Shown piece after piece: positions 37,162 to 47,113 of a stretch of DNA of 64,000 nt (positions are counted from its first letter, which is position 1; the number at the start of each line of letters is the position of its first letter). A program made the position numbers and the translations under genes. The notes beneath the pieces were generated by a model. That model saw nothing but the letters and a program-made list of their open reading frames with translations, made no database searches and had not been told where the DNA came from. The stretch is from IMG/VR virus record IMGVR_UViG_2863371048_000001, one strand, 5' to 3'. The stretch is from a virus (taxonomy: Duplodnaviria; Caudoviricetes).

Positions 37162-37416
37162 ATGGAGACCGTGTGGATCTCACACCCCCATCTCGACGGC
37201 AAGGTCGAGGTGCCCGCCTCCGCGCTGGCGCAGCACCAGCGCGCCGGCTGGGAGCAGACCGAAGCGCCGCCCCCGCCGCCGCTCCCGGAGCCGGACCCCG
37301 GCCCGGACGACAACACGACTGATCAGACCTCAGAAGCCCCGGCAGACGCCGGGGCTTCTGCTTTGCAGGACGCCTCGCCGAGCCGTCGGCGCACCACCAC
37401 CAGAGGGGATGAGTAA
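37162..37416 (+). CDS. hypothetical protein
   Basis: GGAGG RBS. Confidence 0.6.
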   Translation: METVWISHPHLDGKVEVPASALAQHQRAGWEQTEAPPPPPLPEPDPGPDDNTTDQTSEAPADAGASALQDASPSRRRTTTRGDE

Positions 37417-37898
37417 TGGCCGCCACGCCGATCACTCCGGCAAGCAGGTTCTTTAGGCCCGGTACGACCAAGGCGTACTGGGTCGTGTCCATCAGCAACA
37501 AGACCGCCCCGACCCGGCTGGAGCTGAACGCCGGCGCGGACCTGTCCAAGGACATCGCCGACATCGCCGGTTGGATGGTCTCCGGGCAGAAGATCGACAC
37601 CCCGGACTTGAACAGCAGATTCGTGAGCAACATCCCCGGTCTCACCAACGCGGGCGAGTCGGGCATCACGTTCTACGCGTCTGACAACGGCCTGGACGTG
37701 CGCAGCCTGATGCCGCGCGACACCGCCGGTTTCATCGTCTGGATGGACGGTGGCGACGTCGCCGGCCGGAAGATGGATGTGTTCCCGGTGCGCGTGCTCA
37801 GCGTCGGCAAGCAGCGCAGCATGGGCGCGGAGGCGGCGCGACTGGCGGTCCAGTACGCCGTGACGTCCGAGCCGGCCGAGGATGTGACGATTCCGTGA
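37416..37898 (+). CDS. major tail (tube) protein
   Basis: APT..EL..G.DL...I.GW......TPD...F...IPG motif of actinophage tube proteins. Confidence 0.85.
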   Translation: MAATPITPASRFFRPGTTKAYWVVSISNKTAPTRLELNAGADLSKDIADIAGWMVSGQKIDTPDLNSRFVSNIPGLTNAGESGITFYASDNGLDVRSLMPRDTAGFIVWMDGGDVAGRKMDVFPVRVLSVGKQRSMGAEAARLAVQYAVTSEPAEDVTIP

Positions 37899-38395
37899 GC
37901 CTGCGCGACCGCCTGCTCCACCGGCCGCGACCGGCGGACACCTACCCGCTGCGGATCGATGACGACACCGAGATCCGTAAAGAGCTGGAGCGGGTCCGGA
38001 TGCTGGGTCGGCTGCTGCAGCTTCAGGGCGAGGCAGCCGATGAGTCGGCGGTGCGCGCGGCCAAGGCGGACCTCGCGGCGGCCGAGACCGCGATGGCGGC
38101 CTGCTACGAACCGGTCGTCTTGCGGGCGATGCCGCCGGACGCGTTCGAGGCGCTGATCGGTGAGCACAAGCCGCGCCCCGACAGCGAGGACAAGGTGTGG
38201 AACCTGGACACCTTCCCGCGGGCGGTCTTGTGGGAGTGCATCGAGTCCGACCTGACGGAGGCCGAGTGGGACCAGGTCTGGCGGGAGGTCTTGTCCAACG
38301 GTGAGCGGGTCGAGCTGTGCAATGCGGCGATCCGGGTGAATGTGCGGGTGCCGGACTCGACGCTCCCAAAAGGCTGGACGCAGACTCCGGCCTGA
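37895..38395 (+). CDS. tail assembly chaperone (gpG-like)
   Basis: between tube and tape measure genes; slippery site near its 3' end. Confidence 0.8.
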   Translation: MSLRDRLLHRPRPADTYPLRIDDDTEIRKELERVRMLGRLLQLQGEAADESAVRAAKADLAAAETAMAACYEPVVLRAMPPDAFEALIGEHKPRPDSEDKVWNLDTFPRAVLWECIESDLTEAEWDQVWREVLSNGERVELCNAAIRVNVRVPDSTLPKGWTQTPA

Positions 38396-38709
38396 CGGTC
38401 GAGCTGGCGGTCTGCCACCACTACCGTATCCGCCACTCCGAGTTCCTGGCCTGGTCGGATGAGGATCGGGACAAGGCGATCTGGCAGCACATCCGGGTGA
38501 GGCAGGCGTGCGGGTCGTGCGGGACCCGCCCGCAGGAGTGGGACGAAACACGCGGCGGCGACCGCAACGCCTACGTTGCCGAGCCCGAGCGGTGCCGGGG
38601 ATGTGAGCTGAAAGAAGCAGCCCAGGACAGCCTGACCGGCGATGAGGGCCGCGGTGTCCGCATCGTTCTCACTCGACCCCTGAAGGAGGTGACCCATGGC
38701 CATCCGTGA
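38365..38709 (+). CDS. tail assembly chaperone -1 frameshift extension (gpT-like)
   Basis: C CCA AAA at 38365-38371 opens the -1 frame, which runs to 38709. Confidence 0.75.
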   Translation, partial: PKRLDADSGLTVELAVCHHYRIRHSEFLAWSDEDRDKAIWQHIRVRQACGSCGTRPQEWDETRGGDRNAYVAEPERCRGCELKEAAQDSLTGDEGRGVRIVLTRPLKEVTHGHP

Positions 38710-41700
38710 CCTGATCATCGACATCAAGAGCCGGTTCGACGAGCGGGGCTCCAAGGCCGCCGAGGAGGGGCTGAAGAAGACCGAGGAGGCCGCCAAGCGC
38801 TCCCAGCGTGAGCTGGAGCGGATGGAGCGGGCCGCGGCCAAGGCCCGGGATGCGATGGAGAGCTCAGGTCAGGCGCTGGCCACCTTCGGCGCGGTCGCGG
38901 TGGCCGGGATCGGCGTGGCCGTCAAAGCGGCCGTCGAGTGGGAGTCGGCGTGGACCGGGGTGACCAAGACCGTTGAGGGCACCCCGGCCCAGATGGCCGC
39001 CCTGGAAGGAGCGTTGCGCGGTCTGGCCAGGGAACTGCCCGCTACCCATAAGGAGATCGCCGGGGTCGCCGAAGCGGCCGGGCAGTTGGGTATCAAGCGC
39101 GAGTCCATCGTGTCGTTCACGACGACCATGGTCGCGCTTGGTGAGACGACGAACCTGTCGGCCGAGCAGGCCGCCACCGCCATGGCCCGGTTGTCCAACA
39201 TCATGGGCACCCCGCAGCAGGAGATCGGCAAGCTGGGCGCGTCCCTGGTGGCGCTCGGCAACGCCGGCGCGTCGACCGAGGCCGAGATCGTGGAAATGGC
39301 GCTGCGCATCGCCGGCGCGGGCAAGGTGATCGGCCTGTCAGAGGGGCAGGTCCTCGGTTTCGCGAACGCCCTGTCGAGTGTCGGCATCAACGCGGAGGCG
39401 GGCGGTTCGTCGATCTCCCGTGTGATGATCACTATCGCGCAGGCCGTCGACACTGGCGGCGCGTCGGTGGAGAAGTTTGCCAAGGTCGCGGGCATGTCGG
39501 CCGCTGAGTTCTCCACCGCTTTCAAGGACGACGCGGGCGGCGCTCTGGCCGCGTTCATCGAGGGGCTGGGCCGGGTCGAGGCCTCCGGCGGGAGCCTGTT
39601 TTCGACGCTGCAGCAGCTCGGGTTCAGCGAGATCGAGGTCCGGGACGCGCTGCTGCGTACCGCGAACGCCGGGTCGCTGCTGACCGACAGTCTGCGCCTC
39701 GGCGAACAGGCCTGGGCGGATAACTCGGCGCTGGTCGAGGAAGCGGCTAAACGTTACGAGACGACCGCGTCGAAAATGCAGGTCGCCGAGAACAACATCA
39801 CCGACCTGGGCATCACGATCGGTGAGACGTTCTTGCCTGTGCTCGGCGCTGCCGCCGAGCACACCTCGGGCTGGATCACGATGCTGCAGGATCTGCCCGC
39901 ACCGGTGAAGACCGCCGGTGGTGTGGTGGGCGCCATGGCGGGGACCGTGGCACTGGCAGGCGGCGCGGCGATGATCGCCGTGCCGAAGATGGTCGAGTTC
40001 ACCAAGACGTTGGCGGACATGGGCCCCCGCGGCGCGGCAATGGCGTCTCGGCTGTCCAGCCTCGGCGCATTCCTGACCGGGCCGTGGGGTGTTGCTCTGG
40101 CGGCCGCCGCGGCGGTGACGGTGCTGTTCGCCGACGCCCAAGCGCAGACCGCCGGCCGGGTGCAAGACCTCACCGACGCGATCATCGCCGACCACGGCGC
40201 CATCGCAGAACTGACGAAGGAGAAAATCGCTCACCTGCTGGTCGATGACGGTCTGATCGAGTCGGCCAAAACCCTCGGGTTGAACCTGGACACGGTGACA
40301 GCGGCTTTCTCCGGCAACAAGGACCAGGCCGCGCTGCTGAACAAGCAGCTGGACGAGATGCTCAAAAAGCGGATGGATCAGGCCCCGGCGTTCGCGATGC
40401 CCTGGGACGAAGAGGGCAGGAAGATCAAGAATGAGACGGACGCGATCGCCCGCCTGCAGTACGCCCTGGGCGAGTACGGCCGCCAACTGGATGATGCCAA
40501 GGCCAAGGTCCAAGACCAGGCCGACGTCACCGGAAAGGCCGAGGTCAAGGTCACCGACCTGGAGTCGGCGATGAAGGGCATGTCTGCGACTGCGACTGGT
40601 CAGGGCAACGTGGTGGGCGACCTGACCGGGATCATGCAGGGCCTGGCCAACACCTACGGGCTGGTCGGCGATGACGCGGTCAAGGCCGCCCAGAAGATGA
40701 TCGACTCCTGGAGTCAGGCGTTCAGCTCATTCGGCAACATGACAGGGGCGCTCTCGGAGATCGAGTCGTCTCTGAGCGGGTCGAGCACCTCGGGTGCTGA
40801 CCGGCAGGCGGCCGCCGTTGAGCGGCTGGCCGAGGTGCAGCGCACCAGCGCCGAGAAGATCAAGCGGGCGCAGCGTGATCTGGCCGACGCCCACGAACAA
40901 GCCGCTGACCAGGCGGTGCAGTCGCAAGAGCGGATCAAGGCCGCCCAAGAGTCGCTGGCATCAGCGGTTGAGGAGGCGGCTCAGCGTGAGGCGGACGCCG
41001 TCCAAGGGGTGGCCGACGCCCGGCAGCGGGTAGCCGATAGCCAGGACGCGCTCGCCACCGTGGTGGAGAGGGCGGCTCAGCGTGAGGCGGACGCCACGCA
41101 GAAGGTGGCGGACGCACGGCAGCGGGCTGCCGACGTGGCCGAGGACTCCGGGCGCAAGATCGAGTCCGCTGTTCAGCGGGTGAGTGACGCCCAGGTCGAC
41201 GCGGCTCAGCGTGAGCTCGACGCCGAGCAGCGACTGCAGGACAGCCACGCCCGCACCGCCCAGGCGGTTGAGGACCTGACCGCCGCCCGTGAGCGCGCGG
41301 CGGAGCGGCTGGAGGACCTCGCTCGCTCATCGGCGTCCGGCGCGCTGGATGAGGAAGGCGCGCAGATCGCGATCGAGCGGGCCCGCCAACGCCTCGATGA
41401 GGTCAACGCCGACCCGGCGTCATCGGCCCTGGATCGGCAGGAAGCGGACCTGGCGTTTCGTCGCGCGGTGCAGCGGCTGGAGGAGATCCGGCGGCGTAAC
41501 ACCGACCTGCAGCAGGAGATCGACGACGCGAACCGGGCCGGGATCGAAGGCAGCACCGAGGTTGTCGCGGCCAAGGAGCGCATCGCCGCGGCGCAGCAGG
41601 CCGAGCAAGAGGCCGAGGCTGCCCTGGCCAAGGCTCGTGAAGAAGCAGCGCGTTCTGTCGCCGCGGCCGAGCAGGCGTTGGCCGATGCCCGCCGGGATGC

Positions 41701-42919
41701 GTCCCGCGAGCAGGAGGACGCGGCGGCGGCCGTCGCCAAGGCCGAGGCGGACGCCAACCAGGCGCGCATCGACAGCGCCAAGGACGTCGCGAAGGCGCAA
41801 CGCGACATCACGGACGCGCAGAAGGATGCGGCCCAGGCCGAGGCCGAGCTGGACCAAACCCGCATCGACAGCGCCAAGGATGTGCTGAAGGCCAAGAAAG
41901 ACGTCGCCGATGCTGAGAAGGACGCGGCCAAGGCGACGAAGGACGCGGCCCGGGACGTCGCCGACGCCGAGGAGGCCGTACGGAAGGCCCGCCAGGAATC
42001 GGCGCGTGACCAGAAGAAAGCCAACGCCGACGTGCGCGACTCCTGGGTGGAGCTGGGCGGCACGGTGGCCGTCACCACCGAGCAGTACCTCAAAGAGCTG
42101 GAAAAGCAGGTCAAGGACCAGGAGAAATGGGCCGACAACCTGATCAGCCTGGCCGGGCGGGTTCCGGACGAGATGCTCAAAGAGCTGGCCGAGCTCGGGC
42201 CGGGCGGGGCGAAGGTCGTCGCGTTGGCCTCTGAGATGTCGGATGCGGAGCTCAAGAAATTCATCGCCTTGCACGGCCGATCCGGCAAGGAAGCCGGCGA
42301 CGTGTTCGCCGAGAACCTCGCGGCCGCGGGGCCGGTGCTGCGGGAGATCGCCCGCACCCGCGGTCAGGATGTGGCCGACAAGGTCCGCGAGGGCATGGAC
42401 GGCGGCCGGACCAGTGTGTTCGAGGCGGCCCGGCGACTGGGCGTGGAAATCGACAGCGGCCTGGAGGTGGACCGCCCGCGCGTCCTGACGCTGACGCTGG
42501 TGTACAACACCGAGAACGCGCCGCCCCGTACCGCCCGGGAGAGCGGCGGTATCGACCGGTACGCCGCCGGCGGGATACGCCCCGTAGGCCCGATGATCGC
42601 CAACCGGCCGACGGTCCTGTTCGGGGAGGGCCGCGACGATGAGGCGTTCATCCCCTACGACCAGGCCTACCGTCCCCGGGCGGAATCGCTGCTGTCACAG
42701 GTGGCCGGTGACTTCGGCGGAGTGTTCCTCAAACCGCTCGGCGCAGCGACCCCGGGGACAGGCGGTGGGTCCGCGATGGCGGTCGGGCAGGGCAGCAACA
42801 CTTACAACATCACGCTGCAGGTGCCGCCGAACGCGAACATGGCGCAGTTGGGGGCGGTGACAGTGGATGCGATCCAGGAGTTCGAGCGGCGCTCCGGCGC
42901 GGGGTGGCGGCGCACATGA
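38696..42919 (+). CDS. TP901-family tape measure protein
   Basis: 1407 aa; WESAWTGVTKT, A.AAGQLGI; long helical repeats; C-terminal FGE..DEAFIP. Confidence 0.92.
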   Translation: MAIRDLIIDIKSRFDERGSKAAEEGLKKTEEAAKRSQRELERMERAAAKARDAMESSGQALATFGAVAVAGIGVAVKAAVEWESAWTGVTKTVEGTPAQMAALEGALRGLARELPATHKEIAGVAEAAGQLGIKRESIVSFTTTMVALGETTNLSAEQAATAMARLSNIMGTPQQEIGKLGASLVALGNAGASTEAEIVEMALRIAGAGKVIGLSEGQVLGFANALSSVGINAEAGGSSISRVMITIAQAVDTGGASVEKFAKVAGMSAAEFSTAFKDDAGGALAAFIEGLGRVEASGGSLFSTLQQLGFSEIEVRDALLRTANAGSLLTDSLRLGEQAWADNSALVEEAAKRYETTASKMQVAENNITDLGITIGETFLPVLGAAAEHTSGWITMLQDLPAPVKTAGGVVGAMAGTVALAGGAAMIAVPKMVEFTKTLADMGPRGAAMASRLSSLGAFLTGPWGVALAAAAAVTVLFADAQAQTAGRVQDLTDAIIADHGAIAELTKEKIAHLLVDDGLIESAKTLGLNLDTVTAAFSGNKDQAALLNKQLDEMLKKRMDQAPAFAMPWDEEGRKIKNETDAIARLQYALGEYGRQLDDAKAKVQDQADVTGKAEVKVTDLESAMKGMSATATGQGNVVGDLTGIMQGLANTYGLVGDDAVKAAQKMIDSWSQAFSSFGNMTGALSEIESSLSGSSTSGADRQAAAVERLAEVQRTSAEKIKRAQRDLADAHEQAADQAVQSQERIKAAQESLASAVEEAAQREADAVQGVADARQRVADSQDALATVVERAAQREADATQKVADARQRAADVAEDSGRKIESAVQRVSDAQVDAAQRELDAEQRLQDSHARTAQAVEDLTAARERAAERLEDLARSSASGALDEEGAQIAIERARQRLDEVNADPASSALDRQEADLAFRRAVQRLEEIRRRNTDLQQEIDDANRAGIEGSTEVVAAKERIAAAQQAEQEAEAALAKAREEAARSVAAAEQALADARRDASREQEDAAAAVAKAEADANQARIDSAKDVAKAQRDITDAQKDAAQAEAELDQTRIDSAKDVLKAKKDVADAEKDAAKATKDAARDVADAEEAVRKARQESARDQKKANADVRDSWVELGGTVAVTTEQYLKELEKQVKDQEKWADNLISLAGRVPDEMLKELAELGPGGAKVVALASEMSDAELKKFIALHGRSGKEAGDVFAENLAAAGPVLREIARTRGQDVADKVREGMDGGRTSVFEAARRLGVEIDSGLEVDRPRVLTLTLVYNTENAPPRTARESGGIDRYAAGGIRPVGPMIANRPTVLFGEGRDDEAFIPYDQAYRPRAESLLSQVAGDFGGVFLKPLGAATPGTGGGSAMAVGQGSNTYNITLQVPPNANMAQLGAVTVDAIQEFERRSGAGWRRT

Positions 42920-44109
42920 CCATGCCGACCCGTAGCGCCGAGGTGCAGTTCACCGCCGGGGTGTGGACGGATGTGTCGCCCTACCTGACGGTCCCGCTGT
43001 CGACGTCCCGCGGGTCCAACCGGGTGCAGTCGCCGATCGTCCGCTACCAGGCGGGCACGGCGACGGTCCGGCTGAAGAACGGCGACCGCCGCTTCGACCC
43101 GACGAACCTGGCCGGGCCGTACGTGTCGGCCGGCCGGTCGCAGGTGATGCCGATGCGGCCGGTGAGGATCCGCGCCACCTGGAACTCGGTCACCTACGAC
43201 GTGTTCAGTGGGTTCGCCGACATGTGGGACGTCGCCTGGTATGACCCCTTCTACTCGGTGACCACGGTGCAGCTCACCGACGGGTTCAAGGTGCTGGCCA
43301 ACAAGAAACGCCCCGCCGTCACCGCAGTCGGCGCCGGGGAGAACACCGGGGCACGGATCACCCGGATCCTGGACTCGGCCGGCTGGTCGGCCACCAACCG
43401 GGTGATCGCCACCGGCAACAGCACCCTGCAGGCCACCACCTTGGAAGGGGATGCGCTCAGCGAACTGCAGGCCGCCGCCGAATCAGAGATCGGCGAGCTG
43501 TACGTGGACGGCGCCGGCCGGGTGGTGTTCCGCAACCGGCACGCCCTGCTGTTGGACGCGCGCAGCAACACCGTGCAGGCCACGTTCGGCGACCCACCCA
43601 CGGCTGTCGCTCCCTTCACCGCGCGGATCAACACCGACGACGCCACCTTGTGGAACGAGATCCGAGTGCAGCGCACCGGCGGCGTCGAGCAACTGGTGGG
43701 CGATACGGCCAGCCAGGACGAGTTCCTGACCCGCACCTACCAGGCATCCAACCTGTTGCTGGAAGACGACAGCATCGTGGGCAACTACGCGGGCTGGATC
43801 CTGTACGTGTCCAAGGACCCCGAGGTGCGTTTCGACGCCATTGAGATCCACGCTCACGCCGACCCCGCCACCATGTTCCCGCACGTGCTGGGGCGGGAGA
43901 TCGGCGACCGCATCAAGATCGTTCGCCGGCCTCCCGGCGGCGGGGCGCCGATCATCCGTGAGGTGTTCATCCGCGGCATCTCCCACGAGGTGACCCAAGC
44001 CACCTGGATCACGACATGGGCGTTGCAGTCCGCGACCAAATACGGCTCGTTCCTGGTGCTGGATCATCCGGTGCTCGGCATGCTCGACCAGAACGCGCTC
44101 GCGTATTAA
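42916..44109 (+). CDS. minor tail/baseplate hub protein
   Basis: WTDVS.Y...RG...AGTA.V.L.N.D.RFDP; LY.DG.G...FR.R. Confidence 0.75.
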   Translation: MTMPTRSAEVQFTAGVWTDVSPYLTVPLSTSRGSNRVQSPIVRYQAGTATVRLKNGDRRFDPTNLAGPYVSAGRSQVMPMRPVRIRATWNSVTYDVFSGFADMWDVAWYDPFYSVTTVQLTDGFKVLANKKRPAVTAVGAGENTGARITRILDSAGWSATNRVIATGNSTLQATTLEGDALSELQAAAESEIGELYVDGAGRVVFRNRHALLLDARSNTVQATFGDPPTAVAPFTARINTDDATLWNEIRVQRTGGVEQLVGDTASQDEFLTRTYQASNLLLEDDSIVGNYAGWILYVSKDPEVRFDAIEIHAHADPATMFPHVLGREIGDRIKIVRRPPGGGAPIIREVFIRGISHEVTQATWITTWALQSATKYGSFLVLDHPVLGMLDQNALAY

Positions 44110-44118
44110 GGAGGCGAA

Positions 44119-44754
44119 GTGCCGTTCAAGGACTTCACCACGGAGATCCTGACGTCAGCCGACGTCGACCTGTACCTGATGAGTCAGGTCATTATCCGCT
44201 GCACATCTTCCACTCGGCCTACTTTGCCCGCTCAGGGATGGCATATATACGAGACGGACACTAATCAGTTCCTCGTGTATAACGGTTCCACGTGGGTGCA
44301 GGAGGGAGTTGAGACTCTATTCAAGCGAAAGACCGCCGATGAATCCGTTGTCAATAGCACCACCGTGCAAGATGATAACGACCTGACGGTTACCGTAGGG
44401 GCAAACAGGGTTTACGACGTCCTGCTACGGCTGAAGCTCGAAGGCGGCTCCAATGGAGACTTCAGCTACAACTGGACATTGCCCAGTGGTGCAAGCATAG
44501 ATCTTGCGGTAACCAGCATGAGTACGGTGGTTTCGGGTAATGAGGCGTCGATATACAACCATTCATTCCCGGGAGGAGACAGGCTCCTCGGAATGAATAC
44601 AACCCCGGCAACAGCATCCATCGTTATGCAGGGATTGCTTATTGTGGGTGGAACGTCGGGAGCCGTTACGTTCCGTTGGGCGCAGGCAACATCATCGACG
44701 ACCACTCTTTTCGTCAAAGCAACGTCATACATGATCTTGCGGAGACTGGCGTAA
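44119..44754 (+). CDS. tail-tip/receptor-binding protein, AT-richer than its flanks
   Basis: G..IYETDT..F.VYNGSTW; beta-sandwich C-terminus; two sampled 60-nt lines were 48% and 50% GC. Confidence 0.7.
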   Translation: MPFKDFTTEILTSADVDLYLMSQVIIRCTSSTRPTLPAQGWHIYETDTNQFLVYNGSTWVQEGVETLFKRKTADESVVNSTTVQDDNDLTVTVGANRVYDVLLRLKLEGGSNGDFSYNWTLPSGASIDLAVTSMSTVVSGNEASIYNHSFPGGDRLLGMNTTPATASIVMQGLLIVGGTSGAVTFRWAQATSSTTTLFVKATSYMILRRLA

Positions 44755-44876
44755 GCATTGTGACCATGGGATTGCGCCCATTCTTTCCAGCTCGGGTCCA
44801 GAGTTTCAGATATTCGGCACATATCTGACGGCTGCAAGCTGAGAAACGCCCGTCAGGACAGGGCTCCAGCGCGACG

Positions 44877-45062
44877 TCACTTGTGCCGGGTCGCCGTGGT
44901 CTTGGAGCGCCGACGCACCCAGGTGATCGGGTAGGCCATGCCGCACGTGCACACCATGAGCGCGATCTCCCCGCACGTCCACACCGGTTTGGTCACGGAC
45001 ATGCCGACCTGCTGAACCTGCACTGGTTGCTGCGGCTGGCCGGGGTTGGGCGGGTAGCTCAC
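44877..45062 (-). CDS. small Pro/Gln-rich peptide with a hydrophobic segment (moron)
   Basis: GGAGGA RBS before GTG 45062. Confidence 0.6.
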   Translation of the reverse strand: MSYPPNPGQPQQPVQVQQVGMSVTKPVWTCGEIALMVCTCGMAYPITWVRRRSKTTATRHK

Positions 45063-45226
45063 GATTCCTCCGTTTTTCTGGGTGTGTGTGAGGCACCTGT
45101 GATGCCCACCCGGGTTACCTGTGGCCGGATCCGGCCACCCCTGATCGTGCCGTCTGCTCCCTCCCTGTGGCAGACGGCACCCCAAACCACCACGGCGCGA
45201 GCCGTACCAACCCTGAAAGGCGGCTG

Positions 45227-45547
45227 ATGGAGTTCGCTGCGATCCCCTGGGTGCAGGGCTCCCTCGTCACGCTCGCGCTGGCGGTAATCGCCTCGGCCTG
45301 CTGGCTGGTGTTCAAGGGCCTTCTCGTCCCGCAGCGGACACACGACTCGTTCGTGGCGGTGCTGGAGCTACGCATCACCGAGAAAGCCGTCGAGGTCGAG
45401 AACTACAAGGTCGCCTGGCAGGCGGCCGAGGCCGCGCGACGCGAGCAGGACGGGCAGCTCTCGGAGCTGCTGGAGTACGCCCGCACCACCGACCAGGTCA
45501 TCCGAGCGCTAGGACGCCGAGGGAGCCGCGATGCGCTGGCGCCGTAG
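45227..45547 (+). CDS. lysis-region membrane protein (TM plus coiled coil)
   Basis: TM followed by G.LVP motif. Confidence 0.65.
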   Translation: MEFAAIPWVQGSLVTLALAVIASACWLVFKGLLVPQRTHDSFVAVLELRITEKAVEVENYKVAWQAAEAARREQDGQLSELLEYARTTDQVIRALGRRGSRDALAP

Positions 45548-45758
45548 ACGACCCCCGACACCCGCCCCGTCGCCAGAAGCGCAGGACGCGCTCGCTGAGG
45601 CCCGCGAGGCGCGCGAGACATCCGAGCAAGGGCTGCAAGAGGTATGCGAACGCTGGCCAGAGGTGCGGGAGGTCACGTCGTCGCTGCGCGCGCACCGGGA
45701 ACGCAACGGGTTCCGCGCCATGTTCGAGCGTGCCCTGCTGAAGGAAGGAGAGGCGTGA
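45531..45758 (+). CDS. lysis-region hypothetical protein
   Basis: L..HRERNGF motif; overlaps. Confidence 0.6.
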   Translation: MRWRRRRPPTPAPSPEAQDALAEAREARETSEQGLQEVCERWPEVREVTSSLRAHRERNGFRAMFERALLKEGEA

Positions 45759-46093
45759 TCCTGATCGGCCTCATTGGTGGCGTGCTCGTCATCGTGTCAG
45801 CGGTGTTCGGCGTCACGTCGGCACTGCTGTACGGCACGCGCTTCCCCTGGTGGGAGCACTCAGACGGCCGTCACCTGTTCGCCTACATGGCGGTCATCGG
45901 CAGCGTCCTCGGCCTGTGGGCCGGGCGGCTGATCGTCACCGGCCAACTCACCGACTCCGGCGCCGGCGGCTGGCCATGGATCCGCCTTGTCGCGTTCGGG
46001 GCGGTCACGTGGGTCCTCGGCTGGCGGCTTCTCATCATCACCCAGGCCTGGCGCGACATGCGCCGCAAGCGGACCAAGGAGGACCCCCGATGA
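45755..46093 (+). CDS. three-TM membrane protein (holin-like)
   Basis: three hydrophobic segments; AAGGAG RBS. Confidence 0.65.
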   Translation: MILIGLIGGVLVIVSAVFGVTSALLYGTRFPWWEHSDGRHLFAYMAVIGSVLGLWAGRLIVTGQLTDSGAGGWPWIRLVAFGAVTWVLGWRLLIITQAWRDMRRKRTKEDPR

Positions 46094-46218
46094 CTGAACC
46101 TCTTCCGCCGTACCCGTTCAACCGGGCTGGCGTCACCCCCGAGGACGGCGAGCAGAACGTCTCCCAGGACCCCGGGGCGGCATACGAGAGCGAGGTGGAT
46201 GATGACGGCGATGCGTGA
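46090..46218 (+). CDS. small acidic peptide upstream of the endolysin
   Basis: AAGGAGG RBS; overlaps the lysin start. Confidence 0.5.
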   Translation: MTEPLPPYPFNRAGVTPEDGEQNVSQDPGAAYESEVDDDGDA

Positions 46219-46909
46219 CCGGGTCCTGTCGGTCGCACGCTCCCAGCTCGGCACCCGCGAGTACTCGGACGGGTCGTCTAAGTACGGCTCCTGGTATGAG
46301 CGGATGAAGCCTGCCCCGGGGTTCGCCACCGGTGCCTGGTGTCAGATGTTCACGGGCTGGTGTGCCAACGAAGCGGGCCTGTCGGAGGAGGCGTTCCCGC
46401 GATTGGCATACACGCCGTACGCGGTGCAGTGGTTCAAGGACCGCGGCCGGTGGGGGACCAAGCCCCGCGTGGGCGCGCTGGTCTACTACAACTTCCCCGG
46501 CGGCGACTTCGTCGACCACGTCGAGATCGTCGAAGCGGTCCGCGCGGACGGTTCCATCGTCACGATCGGCGGCAACGTCGGCAACGCCGTCAAGCGCCTG
46601 GTGCGCCGCTCGAACATCGCGGGCTACGGCTACCCCGACTACGCCGCTGCCAAGGACTGGATGGAGGAGATCGTGGACAAGCTGCCGCTGCTGAAGAAGG
46701 GCGCCGAGAAGAAGGCCGCCAACAAGCCGCACATCAAGACCCTGTTCAAGCTGCTGGACGCGCGAGGCTTCCCGCTTCCGTCCAACGTGGACGACATGAC
46801 GTTCGGCGACCCGATGGACAAGAAGGTCCGCGAGTTCCAGAAGGCGAAGAAGCTCCTCGTGGACGGCGAGGTCGGCGAGAAGTCCTGGGCCGCCCTGGTC
46901 CTGCCGTAG
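46211..46909 (+). CDS. endolysin: CHAP domain plus PG_binding_1 domain
   Basis: AWCQMF..W (Cys), DHVEIVE (His), IGGN; VREFQKAKKL.VDGEVG.KSWAAL. Confidence 0.9.
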   Translation: MRDRVLSVARSQLGTREYSDGSSKYGSWYERMKPAPGFATGAWCQMFTGWCANEAGLSEEAFPRLAYTPYAVQWFKDRGRWGTKPRVGALVYYNFPGGDFVDHVEIVEAVRADGSIVTIGGNVGNAVKRLVRRSNIAGYGYPDYAAAKDWMEEIVDKLPLLKKGAEKKAANKPHIKTLFKLLDARGFPLPSNVDDMTFGDPMDKKVREFQKAKKLLVDGEVGEKSWAALVLP

Positions 46910-47113
46910 CCGTGGAGCCCATCGACTCCTGGCCGCTGCTGCTGTCGCGCCTGGCGTGCCTGCGGCCGGCGGACGACGAGCCCGAGGACGAGTCTCGTCT
47001 CCCTGGGCTCATCGATGAGAGCAACTGACCGAAGTGGCGCACACCTCCATGTCGTGCGCTGCTCACCCATTCCCCCCGCCGCCCCTGGCGGGCCTGTCCC
47101 CAAGGAGGGGCTC

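Noticed and set aside
42916-44760. Diversity-generating retroelement acting on tail genes
   Set aside because: No reverse transcriptase and no TR/VR repeat pair seen.
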